A DNA stretch of 64,000 nucleotides from assembly GCA_043805415.1 (NCBI GenBank), contig JAZDHZ010000034.1, positions 101,478-165,477 of the forward strand, read 5' to 3'. The DNA is from Candidatus Omnitrophota bacterium. GTDB taxonomy: Bacteria; Omnitrophota; Gorgyraeia; B26-G9. This document shows positions 46,820 to 55,737 of this stretch, piece after piece. The notes beneath the pieces were generated by a model that saw nothing but the letters and a program-made list of their open reading frames with translations, did not search any database and had not been told where the DNA came from. Every line of letters begins with the position of its first letter. Position 1 is the first letter of the stretch. Both the position numbers and the translations under genes were made by a program.

Positions 46820-47251
46820 GGGGGTGAAGGGTTTCGACTTATGTGGATGTTATAAGGGCAGCATGTCGAGGTGGTCGGGAGGCCTCGTTAAACACCTGGC
46901 AAAATAATAAATGCTGAAACTAAAGTTCCAGTAAGTGTAGATGCACTTCTTGAGAGAATTGGATCGGGCATTGCTCATCCGACTTTCACAGGATTTGTAC
47001 CTGCAGCAGTGTTACTTTAATAAAATAAAGTAACCCGTTTTTTGGCCTTTTGTCTGGGGGGTCAGAGAACGTCATTTACAGGCTCGCTTTACCTGGTTGG
47101 TTTTTGACAGGTAAGGTTAAACACTCAAAAGCTGCCTGTTTAAGTACCTCGCCTATTGGGGATTTAAACAGAAAGATAAACAATAGGCTAAACATGTAGA
47201 TACTCTTATTTGTCGCTTAAGGACGCGAGTTCGATTCTCGCCACCTCCACC
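46820..47251 (+). ncRNA. ssrA: tmRNA (SsrA)
   Basis: 5' GGGGGTGAAGGGTTTCGAC pairs with the 3' end GGACGCGAGTTCGATTCTCGCCACCTCCACCA (tRNA-Ala-like acceptor/T-arm). GCAUGUCGAGG..GGCCUCGUUAAA resembles the E. coli pseudoknot-1 region. The internal tag reading frame ends in tandem TAA TAA (47018-47023) and is located immediately after smpB. Confidence 0.85.
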
Positions 47252-47261
47252 AAATAAACAA

Positions 47262-47297
47262 AAACCTCTGTTCTGAGAAATCAGGGCAGGGGTTTTT
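47262..47297 (+). terminator. conserved intrinsic terminator copy 1 (AACCTCTG ... CTGA-GAAA-TCAG ... CAGGGGTT + U-tract)
   Basis: 8-bp outer stem (one G-U), inner stem with GNRA tetraloop, then TTTTTT. Sits directly after the tmRNA. Confidence 0.65.
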
Positions 47298-47469
47298 TGT
47301 GTGCGGAGATCAGGGAGATTTCTCCTGTTTTAAGAGAATAAATTTGGTTTTTAATCAGCAGAGATTAATCGTTTTAACGGTTTTTTTATTTAGCTTTTTT
47401 AAATAAAAAGAGTATAATTATAATGTGGAAAATTTAATTTAAACTTAAACAGTCAAAAAGGGGGGGGGT

Positions 47470-47886
47470 ATGAACAAAATTAAGGCAAAGCTTATTCTGG
47501 GTATTTGTGTTTGTTTTCTTCTGTTTGCGGCCTCAGTGGTTAAAGCCGAAGAGGGATCAACAATTGTTAATCAGCTGAGCAATGAACTGCAGCATGAAGG
47601 TAAGATTACGTCTGATGAGGCAAAGGCGCTAGAGCCTTCGATTCAAGAGATGATTGAAAAAGGGGAAAGTAAGCAAGAAATAAAAACTTTTATTGCTCAG
47701 GCAGTAGCCCAGGCTCATGCCCAAGGACTTAAAGGCAAAGATTTGGCAGCTAAAGTTCATGTTGCAATTCAGGAGCGCAAAATGCAGAGGACTGAAGCTA
47801 AAACAGCGGCTAAAGATAAAAGTAGTAAAACGGACGGAGCAACTAAAGGAAAAAGCAGCAAAAAGAATAGTAAAGGAAAAAAATAG
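47470..47886 (+). CDS. small secreted protein with lysine-rich C-terminus; preceded by a G9 homopolymer
   Basis: Signal peptide; KGKSSKKNSKGKK tail; no recognisable domain. Confidence 0.4.
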   Translation: MNKIKAKLILGICVCFLLFAASVVKAEEGSTIVNQLSNELQHEGKITSDEAKALEPSIQEMIEKGESKQEIKTFIAQAVAQAHAQGLKGKDLAAKVHVAIQERKMQRTEAKTAAKDKSSKTDGATKGKSSKKNSKGKK

Positions 47887-47936
47887 TTTAAATAGTTAGA
47901 GATTGTTCTGGAAACGCTTATGCTTGCGGAGGAATT

Positions 47937-48470
47937 GTGAAGTATTTACTAGTTTGTGTTTTTTTTGTTTGCTTTGTCTGCGGCTGCGCCGGAGCAATAC
48001 AACCGTATATACTTTATTCCGATGCCGGGGTATCGCCGGAAGACATTGTGGTATTAACATCAAAAAACAATGCTGAGGTTAAAGAATTAGTTTGCCAAAA
48101 AATAGGATCATCTGCTGGGCAGCTAATCTCTATGGCGGTTGTTAAATCTGTCGATGGAGAGACCGGAGATTCTACGTTGCCGTATATGGGGCAGGTTTTT
48201 AACAGTGGGTTTAATTGTCAGTTTGAAATTCAATTAATGCCTGGGAAGCATCAATTAGTAGTATTGCCGAATTGTTATCTGGCAAGCGGAAGAGATTCCG
48301 TGCCTATGACTATCAATGCCCTTGCCGGTCATCACTATTTTATCGGGAATATTCTCGAGATTCTTCAAGTTCCGAGCCTGGGTGTACGCGGAAAATACCG
48401 CTGGCGGCCGTTTATTGTTGATATGACAACAAATGAAATGGTCAGTCTTTATCCATTTATATCTCACTAA
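47937..48470 (+). CDS. hypothetical lipoprotein (GTG start; lipobox-like FVCGCAG)
   Basis: GGAGG RBS; cysteine-containing signal peptide. Confidence 0.4.
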   Translation: MKYLLVCVFFVCFVCGCAGAIQPYILYSDAGVSPEDIVVLTSKNNAEVKELVCQKIGSSAGQLISMAVVKSVDGETGDSTLPYMGQVFNSGFNCQFEIQLMPGKHQLVVLPNCYLASGRDSVPMTINALAGHHYFIGNILEILQVPSLGVRGKYRWRPFIVDMTTNEMVSLYPFISH

Positions 48471-48526
48471 TCAGTGGGGTATAAGGCAGCACAATACTTA
48501 ATTAACCGATTATGCTTTTTAAACTA

Positions 48527-48567
48527 AACCTTTGTTCTGATAATTTATCAGGGCAGGGGTTTTTTTG
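48527..48567 (+). terminator. conserved intrinsic terminator copy 2 (AACCTTTG ... CTGATAA-tt-TTATCAG ... CAGGGGTT + U7)
   Basis: Same architecture as copy 1, with compensatory changes preserving both stems. Confidence 0.65.
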
Positions 48568-48814
48568 TTTTGGGCGGGGATTATCGCAAAAATAATAGCA
48601 GTATTTCGAGACCTTTTTAGGGAGCCAATTAAAAATCCAAACTTTTTATGCTTACTTTCTGTAATATGATGTGGGTATAATGTATCTTAAGTGGACTATG
48701 GAAATAGTTCGGATATTAGAGGCAATTGAGGTAGTTAATTAGAATTAATGTCCCAATACCTGATCTTACCCTGTTAAGTAATTAAGTATTGTGTCCCCTT
48801 ATATGATGTTAACG

Positions 48815-48843
48815 TTGTAAATTATTGAATTATATGGTATATT
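48815..48843 (+). promoter_or_regulatory. sigma70-type promoter TTGTAA-17nt-TGG-TATATT
   Basis: Near-consensus with 17-nt spacer, about 150 nt upstream of the 48991 gene. Confidence 0.5.
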
Positions 48844-48990
48844 TTACAGTCCAAGTTGAGGCTAATTAATAAAGTTATTATAAATATAAGAACAGGTTAT
48901 AGCATTTAATTGCTGGTTTGGACTTTAAAGATATAAGTTGTTTTCTCAAAACTTATTAGACGAAATTAATTTTTTCTGGAATAGGCAGGT

Positions 48991-51357
48991 ATGAGAAAGT
49001 TTAAAAATATTTTCATAAAGGTACTTATAGCAGCGTTTCTGTTGCAGACGCCATCTGCTTTTGCGTTGAAAAGTGCCCAAGACAGTGTATGTGCCAACGC
49101 GGGTACAGTTTTTCTGGCGCCTTATCTGACCATTGATGCCACATCAATTCAAACGAGTGCCTCCAAACTATATGATTTTTCCCAACAGGCTGCTTTACAA
49201 CCTGTTCTCGAAACTCTTACAGATAATTTCGGATGGCCGGAAGAGATTGCTGTTTCTGTTAGCCAGCGAGTGGCGTTTACACTCAGTCAAACAGAGACAT
49301 CAGTAGATTATCGGCCGGATATTGCCATTATTGCTACCGCGACTACGTCAGATCAACAGTATATCCGTTATGTTTTTCCGTTAAACCAGGAAAATTCTAT
49401 TAGCGTGGTTGATCAAGACATGAGGATAATCCGTTTTGTCTGGAATGGAAACGAGTTATCAATCGCGGAAATTGGAACAGGGGATCGAGGAACTGTGCGC
49501 TATGCGGATCAACAGATGCTTTTATCGCTTAAGGATCACATTAAAGATAGAATGGAAGAACTGCTTAAAAGAGATTCTGTAACATTAGAAGACTTGCAAG
49601 AATTATTGTGGATGGACCCCCTAACTTTTTTAAAAGACCAAGACTATGAGCCGCGACCCTTAGAAAACGACGAAATATTTTTTCTCATGAAGCGTTTAAA
49701 CGATTTATTCTTTGAATTGAAGGTTGATGATCCATGGGTTCTTCCCAAGATTAACGATCCTAATGCTTTGGCGGCAGATGATCCGTATCACCTGTTAACC
49801 TCCAGACGACGTGTCCAGATTGATGAGCGTGTTGTTGATCATGGAATTTTGTTTGAAGCAATGAAGTTAGAAGCTGATGAGTTTGCTCTGTTTCTCGCTC
49901 GGGATGCGATGAGCGCGCATGAATTTATCACCCATCTGCAAACCTTACAAGGCAACTCACAAGCCCTGTCAGGATTAGTTTATCAGCCAGGGCTTCGCAG
50001 CGCGTTTCAAACTGATTTTGACAAGAAACATAAGCGGACAGCATATGTGGATGAGGAAAGTTTAGAACATACCATGAGAAGAATAACCCAGGCTTTTCAG
50101 GGCACTTTGCAAAAATTGGGAAAGCCTGTTCAGAGAATAACCCGAGGCGAGGCTGATAATAAAGAATTTAACGCTGATGAATACAATGAGTTTTATTCGC
50201 TTTTTAAGCAGAAAATAATCGAGCTGATTAATTCCGAAGAGCATGTTCGCAAAGAATCGGAACTTATATTGAACCAGATAAAAAGAGCGATTCATGGAGA
50301 TTTTAAGAAGATCCGGGTTATTGATTTGGATGCGACAGGGAAAACAGCGCTTTATGTAAGAGCGGTTATTGAGTATTATGCTGAGAAGGGAGAGCTTGAT
50401 GTGGAGAGCGCTGAAGTATTTATCGGCAACGGACGTGGAAGCTCGGTAAATGTTCCCAAGGTGCGTCAAGGCGCGACAGACCCTCAGGTGAGTTTTGTTG
50501 ATTTGAACTGGCCATTTATTGCTGAGCAAAGAGATGCTGCTACGGGAATGGTTAACTTTAGAGTTACTAAGTCTCGCTATCGCTTCCTTGAGCTTACGTA
50601 TCAGAGTTTGCGTTTGTACAATGAAGCAATCAGTTTTTTTGAAAACGGGCAGAAAGGCTCAGTGTCCAGGCTTTCAAAGAAAGAGAATGCGAAGGCGTCC
50701 AAAGCTAAACCAAATAATATACTGGATATGACAAAGTATGAATTTTTAAACCAGTATCAGAGAAACGGGTTTTTCCGTCCAGGGTTTTATGGAAGCAAAC
50801 GATTGGCAATTGAAGCGCGGCTCAATGAGTGGTTTGGAAAAGGTAATTGGCAGGAGCGTTATGCGATCAATGGGAATCTTAGTACTAAGGATGAGATGCT
50901 TGTGTTTTATGAAGATGCCTATGTCGCGTATTTACGGGATAATAGTCCTCTAGCCACTTGGTTGGAAGAAACAGCAATCGACGTATTTGATAATAGTACA
51001 TCTAATCTGGATAGCAGGATGGATTATTCCATTCAGGAAACGACAAGCAACCATTACCAGGATATTGCTATACGCAGAGCATTTGATCGTTTAGGCAAAA
51101 GTTTTGGAGGTTCTGAACTGATTCAAGTTCGCGGAAAGGATTCGAAAGGGGCTAAATTAAGTCCAGGGGTGGTACCTTTTAATAAGCCGTATCTGCTTTT
51201 CAATCCTCCGCTCAAAGGTTGGTGGAACAAAGGTTCTATCGAAGAATTTTTGCAAAGCTCAAAAGTTATTGTTATCCTGCCGGCTACCTTTAATATTGAA
51301 ATAAAAAGTGCTGTTCAATACAGCAGAGAGCAGTTTGTTATCGAGCATTCGATATAA
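48991..51357 (+). CDS. hypothetical secreted protein, 788 aa (C-terminus ...IEHSI)
   Basis: Signal peptide MRKFKNIFIKVLIAAFLLQTPSAFA; no recognisable domain. Confidence 0.45.
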   Translation: MRKFKNIFIKVLIAAFLLQTPSAFALKSAQDSVCANAGTVFLAPYLTIDATSIQTSASKLYDFSQQAALQPVLETLTDNFGWPEEIAVSVSQRVAFTLSQTETSVDYRPDIAIIATATTSDQQYIRYVFPLNQENSISVVDQDMRIIRFVWNGNELSIAEIGTGDRGTVRYADQQMLLSLKDHIKDRMEELLKRDSVTLEDLQELLWMDPLTFLKDQDYEPRPLENDEIFFLMKRLNDLFFELKVDDPWVLPKINDPNALAADDPYHLLTSRRRVQIDERVVDHGILFEAMKLEADEFALFLARDAMSAHEFITHLQTLQGNSQALSGLVYQPGLRSAFQTDFDKKHKRTAYVDEESLEHTMRRITQAFQGTLQKLGKPVQRITRGEADNKEFNADEYNEFYSLFKQKIIELINSEEHVRKESELILNQIKRAIHGDFKKIRVIDLDATGKTALYVRAVIEYYAEKGELDVESAEVFIGNGRGSSVNVPKVRQGATDPQVSFVDLNWPFIAEQRDAATGMVNFRVTKSRYRFLELTYQSLRLYNEAISFFENGQKGSVSRLSKKENAKASKAKPNNILDMTKYEFLNQYQRNGFFRPGFYGSKRLAIEARLNEWFGKGNWQERYAINGNLSTKDEMLVFYEDAYVAYLRDNSPLATWLEETAIDVFDNSTSNLDSRMDYSIQETTSNHYQDIAIRRAFDRLGKSFGGSELIQVRGKDSKGAKLSPGVVPFNKPYLLFNPPLKGWWNKGSIEEFLQSSKVIVILPATFNIEIKSAVQYSREQFVIEHSI

Positions 51358-51455
51358 CAAGCCATGACTGAGCCTGGATGCAGTTGCTTGAGACTATTTT
51401 GTTTATGTGTAATCCCCTTTTTGCTTAAGTAATAATCGCTAACTTTCTTTGGATA

Positions 51456-51495
51456 TAGCCCCAGTTACCTATCGTAGCTGGGGATTTTTATTTGT
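51456..51495 (+). terminator. terminator-like hairpin CCCCAG-(13nt loop)-CTGGGG followed by a T-rich tract
   Basis: Inverted repeat about 100 nt after the stop of the 48991 gene. Confidence 0.4.
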
Positions 51496-51737
51496 TTAAT
51501 AATTAAAGTATAATGAGTTATAATATATTTATTATAGATTGAAAAATTTTGGATATTTGGGTCACTTGAGAAAGGAATCGAAAATTAAAACTTCCTGAAT
51601 AAGGAAATGCGCTAAAGCATTTTTTGAGTAAATATGCCTATTTAACGTTGGATATGAGAATTGAAAATATAGGCGGATTTTGACTCGTGCGGTTTTAGTG
51701 TTTGTGATGTATTCGGGAATATTATTGGGAAATAAAT

Positions 51738-52823
51738 ATGATTAAATTAAAAATAAAATTTAGCATATTGCTTTTAGCTTTATGCCTTGTGTTTATCATC
51801 GGCTCTAAGGTTAACGCGGCGGATAACACTCCTTTTGGTGTCGGCACATTCCTTTCTTGGAACCATGAGTGGAATAATTATATGTACAATAATGAAGAGG
51901 AAGTAGATAAGGCTGTAGCGATCCTAAAAAAGCTCGGAGTTTCCATTATTAGAAATGAATTCTCTTGGAATGAAATAGAATCAAATCAAGGGGTTTTTAA
52001 CTTTGAGCGATATGATTATATTGTAAAGGTCTGCCAGGAGAAGGACATTGAAATATTAGCTATATTAGGATTTTCAGCTCCATGGACAGGAAAACAGTGG
52101 AATGATGCTCCGACCGATGAAACAGCATTCCTGAATTATGTGAAGGTTGTTGTGCGACGCTATAAAAATTCAATAAAATATTGGGAATTTTGGAATGAGC
52201 CGGATACAAACCTATACTGGAATCCGCAGGACAAAATGAAAACATATACACAAATGCTAAAGAAAGTGTATAAAACTATTAAAGAAATTGATCCCTCCGC
52301 CGTAGTTGTTTTAGGTGGATTAGCAAACAGTCCCTATTTTTCCTTAAAGAATGTATTGAAAAATGACGGGGCTGACTACTTTGACATTGTTAATATCCAT
52401 CCCTATGTAAGCCCGAATAATGGCGAGGGGATAAAGCAGGTGAGATCTTTACTGAATAGTATAGATAAGGAACTAGTTAAACGTAATCTTAATAAAAAGA
52501 TCTGGATAACCGAAATAGCATGTCCTGGCATAGACCAATCCAGCGCAAGCAAATGGTGGCTTGGTGAATCTCAAAATGAGCAGCAACAAGCTCAATTTTT
52601 AAATGAAGTCTATTCTTTAATAGATACGCATAAAAATGTAGAAAAAATATTTTGGTCAATGTTTCGGGATACAGATCATTTTAAGGATGGGGTTGATTAT
52701 TTTGGATTGCTGTCTTGGGATTATGGCCCCAAGACAGCATATTTTGCCTATAAGCAGCTGATTGATGATGCTTATAAAAAAAGTGAAACAGGTCTTACCC
52801 CGAATAATAAAATATATAAATAG
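51738..52823 (+). CDS. secreted clan GH-A glycoside hydrolase, GH5-like
   Basis: Signal peptide. IRNEFSWNEIE (substrate-binding R..W..E). Acid/base FWNEPD. Nucleophile IWITEIA. Family within GH-A not resolved. Confidence 0.65.
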   Translation: MIKLKIKFSILLLALCLVFIIGSKVNAADNTPFGVGTFLSWNHEWNNYMYNNEEEVDKAVAILKKLGVSIIRNEFSWNEIESNQGVFNFERYDYIVKVCQEKDIEILAILGFSAPWTGKQWNDAPTDETAFLNYVKVVVRRYKNSIKYWEFWNEPDTNLYWNPQDKMKTYTQMLKKVYKTIKEIDPSAVVVLGGLANSPYFSLKNVLKNDGADYFDIVNIHPYVSPNNGEGIKQVRSLLNSIDKELVKRNLNKKIWITEIACPGIDQSSASKWWLGESQNEQQQAQFLNEVYSLIDTHKNVEKIFWSMFRDTDHFKDGVDYFGLLSWDYGPKTAYFAYKQLIDDAYKKSETGLTPNNKIYK

Positions 52824-52914
52824 TCAAATCCTCTTGCCTGGATATACGGGGGCACAATTGAAAATGCATGGATGCAATCCTTAATTATCCAATCATGTTT
52901 TTTTAACAAACTAA

Positions 52915-52951
52915 AACCTCTGTTCTGAGAATTTATCAGGGCAGGGGTTTT
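52915..52951 (+). terminator. conserved intrinsic terminator copy 3 (AACCTCTG ... CTGAGAA-ttt-atCAG ... CAGGGGTT + interrupted U-tract)
   Basis: Same element as at 47262 and 48527; follows the GH5-like gene. Confidence 0.6.
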
Positions 52952-53146
52952 CTGGTTTTAGGCTTCAGAAAGTTAATTAGCCGGATTATTTGCTTTTTTA
53001 GCTGAATTCAGGTATATTTTTGGTAGTTTTTGTTAGGCTGATTTTGCTGTTTATCGTTAATTTTCAAATGGTTGCGTTCCTGGCAGCTGTTTATACGCTA
53101 ATTTTCAGACATATCCGCCTTATTCATAATTAAGAAAGCAAAAAAA

Positions 53147-55489
53147 ATGATTTATCAAATAAGAAAATTTATTTTATTGCTCCGATTTATATGCCTAATC
53201 CTGGGACAGTTATTGCTGATTAATGGCTTTGCCTGGGCAGGGCAGATGAATACTTTGTCTCCGGTAGCAGTTGTAAGCAATGCTAATTTTAAAAAAGCTT
53301 TTGATGATAATTTAGACGAGATATACGCGCTTAATAATAAAATTAAAAGCATCAAACAGGTTTATAGCATGATCACGGAATTAGATGCTTATCCGGGTTT
53401 TACCCGAATGCTTGATTCAGATGATGGATACAGAGATATCGGCATTTTTCTGGTTTCTGATCTTGATGAGGTAAATAAAATTATAAACATATTGCCAGTA
53501 GATAAACATTCTGAGGTTTGTGAGCTGGGCAGCGGCATTGGTAATGTCAGTGCTTTATTTGCCGCCAGAGGGGCAAATGTAATTGGTTATGAAATTGACC
53601 AAAAGCTGGTATGGTTAAGTAATAATATAGCGCAAATTGATTTAAAAGATATTCTTGCTCCGGAAAGAATAAAGTTTGAGCGCGCGAATTTTTTAAGCAA
53701 GGATCTTTCTAAATTTGACATTATATTCTATTACTGGAACAGCATGGTTTCTGAATATAAAGATGAGCTGCAGAATAAAATTTTAAAAGAACTTAAGCCC
53801 GGTGCTTTATTGGTATTGTTCGGGGTGAGCAAGGATAAAGCATATTTCTCGGGATTAAAAGAGATGACTGGCTTACCGGGCTATGAATCAATAAGCGCGT
53901 ATGCCAAGGTATATGCGCAGCCGGATAAACCTATTGCCCAAACCAATGAACAATCAAAGCTGCAATCATTTCGCGATGATTTAGATTCGCCGGATACAGA
54001 GGCGCGTTTGCAGGCAGCGCTTGCTTTAGCGCAAAGCAAGCATGCTGATGATAAAGCATACGCGATTATTAAGGAATCAGCAATTAATAAAAACTTAACG
54101 CTGAATGAAAGAATAAGAGCGGCGAGATTCTTAAGCGATTCAGACCGGATGGAATATGCCGGGCAGCTTATAAGCGATGAACAACAGTTTGCCAGAATAG
54201 AACGCGACGATAAAAAAGACTTTGACAGTTTGGAGCTATCAGCGGCAAGTCTAGAGCAAGTTCAAGGGCAAATAAAAATGATATCAGGCATAGATAAGCA
54301 AGTTGCTGATGAACTTATGCTCAAGGCGGGTAAACTTGCTTTTTTAAGTGAGGAGCTTTCCCGGCTTAGTAACGCGATAAGATATTTTGAGGGAAATTGG
54401 CATGCGCTTTTAGAGGAAAAACTGGATAGCGAATATGGCTATGCCAAAGAAGTAAATGAGGCAATGATCGCGGACGATATGCTAGGGGTTGAGCTTTTTA
54501 ATGCCGTAGATTATGTAAAAGCTTATTTGGTTTGCCAAAAGTTAATATCCCGGCTTAGAGATAAAGGGATAATAGTTATGGGCGGAGATAGAGAATGGTT
54601 TTTGCTTGAGGCTTTTCAGTATATTTTTAAGAGAAATTATACAATGGAACAAGCAGAAAAGATGCTGGAAAATAAATGGGAAGTATCAACAGCGGCAATA
54701 AGAGCAAAAGAAATATTTAAAGATTTAATAACAATTGGCCTTAGCCCGAGTGGGTTTATGTCAGAAGTGAAAATAGGATTTTTCGCTAATACGGCGCAGC
54801 AGTTCATCTATCGGGGTTATGACGACGCGAATCATCTTGAATACGCGCCCGGCCCGAATTATGATGCCAGAAATATTTCCATTGGAGTGGAGAACAATAT
54901 TGGTTCAGTAAATGCCATGCACATTAATCTTGGGGTGCCCTGGGCCTCAAAATATATCTGGGCATCATATTTGGCATTGCATAATTTTATTGATTCAAAT
55001 ACTATGGCCAAAGGTTATTATGATTATTTTTATGATCAGCAAATCAAAGACAGCAGTCAATTATTCCCCGGCCAGCGCAGGGTTTCTTATATCGGGGTTT
55101 GGACCGAAGACCTTGATGATCTGGATTCAATAATCGAGACTTTTGTGCCCTTGAGCATTGGTTTAAATAATTATATGTCAAAAGAAAATCCGGAAATAGC
55201 GGAAATCTGGAAAACTTTTAGAATCGAATTTGAAGAGATTATAAATTCGCAAAATGATCAACAGTTAAAAACGGAATTTTTTGAACAAGCCAGGATGGTA
55301 AGATTCGTGGAATTGATATCGGAAAAAAATCGCGGCAATATTTTTTACCAGCAAGTTGAAAATCTTATTCAAAAAACAATCAAACAAATTAATCATAATC
55401 TCGCGAATCAAAACAAGAATCAGGCTTTAATCAAACATTCCCCGGAATTTCTTCAATTTCCAGAAACCGCGGTACTTAATTCAATTTAG
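53147..55489 (+). CDS. secreted protein (780 aa) with class I SAM-methyltransferase domain and HEAT/PBS-lyase-like repeat. The leader is paralogous to the giant proteins.
   Basis: Leader MIYQIRKFILLLRFICLILGQLLLINGFAWA. MTase motif I VCELGSGIGNVSALFAARGANVIGYE. The C-terminus ends in VLNSI. Confidence 0.5.
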   Translation: MIYQIRKFILLLRFICLILGQLLLINGFAWAGQMNTLSPVAVVSNANFKKAFDDNLDEIYALNNKIKSIKQVYSMITELDAYPGFTRMLDSDDGYRDIGIFLVSDLDEVNKIINILPVDKHSEVCELGSGIGNVSALFAARGANVIGYEIDQKLVWLSNNIAQIDLKDILAPERIKFERANFLSKDLSKFDIIFYYWNSMVSEYKDELQNKILKELKPGALLVLFGVSKDKAYFSGLKEMTGLPGYESISAYAKVYAQPDKPIAQTNEQSKLQSFRDDLDSPDTEARLQAALALAQSKHADDKAYAIIKESAINKNLTLNERIRAARFLSDSDRMEYAGQLISDEQQFARIERDDKKDFDSLELSAASLEQVQGQIKMISGIDKQVADELMLKAGKLAFLSEELSRLSNAIRYFEGNWHALLEEKLDSEYGYAKEVNEAMIADDMLGVELFNAVDYVKAYLVCQKLISRLRDKGIIVMGGDREWFLLEAFQYIFKRNYTMEQAEKMLENKWEVSTAAIRAKEIFKDLITIGLSPSGFMSEVKIGFFANTAQQFIYRGYDDANHLEYAPGPNYDARNISIGVENNIGSVNAMHINLGVPWASKYIWASYLALHNFIDSNTMAKGYYDYFYDQQIKDSSQLFPGQRRVSYIGVWTEDLDDLDSIIETFVPLSIGLNNYMSKENPEIAEIWKTFRIEFEEIINSQNDQQLKTEFFEQARMVRFVELISEKNRGNIFYQQVENLIQKTIKQINHNLANQNKNQALIKHSPEFLQFPETAVLNSI

Positions 55490-55737
55490 CAGAAAGATTA
55501 TAAAGGATAATAACCGCGAGCTTGTTGTTAACCTAAATGGATATATTTTTTTTAGTGTAAATATCGCCTATTTTAAACAGGGAATATGGTGAGCAAAGAG
55601 TAAATTAAGTGCGGGAAATAAGGGGAAATCCCGGTTTATTTGCGCGATGTTTGTTTTCTACTGGAGAATAATAAGTTTGCATGATATAATACATTTTACA
55701 TAATAAAACTATGACAGATAATTAGTGAGCAGGATTT

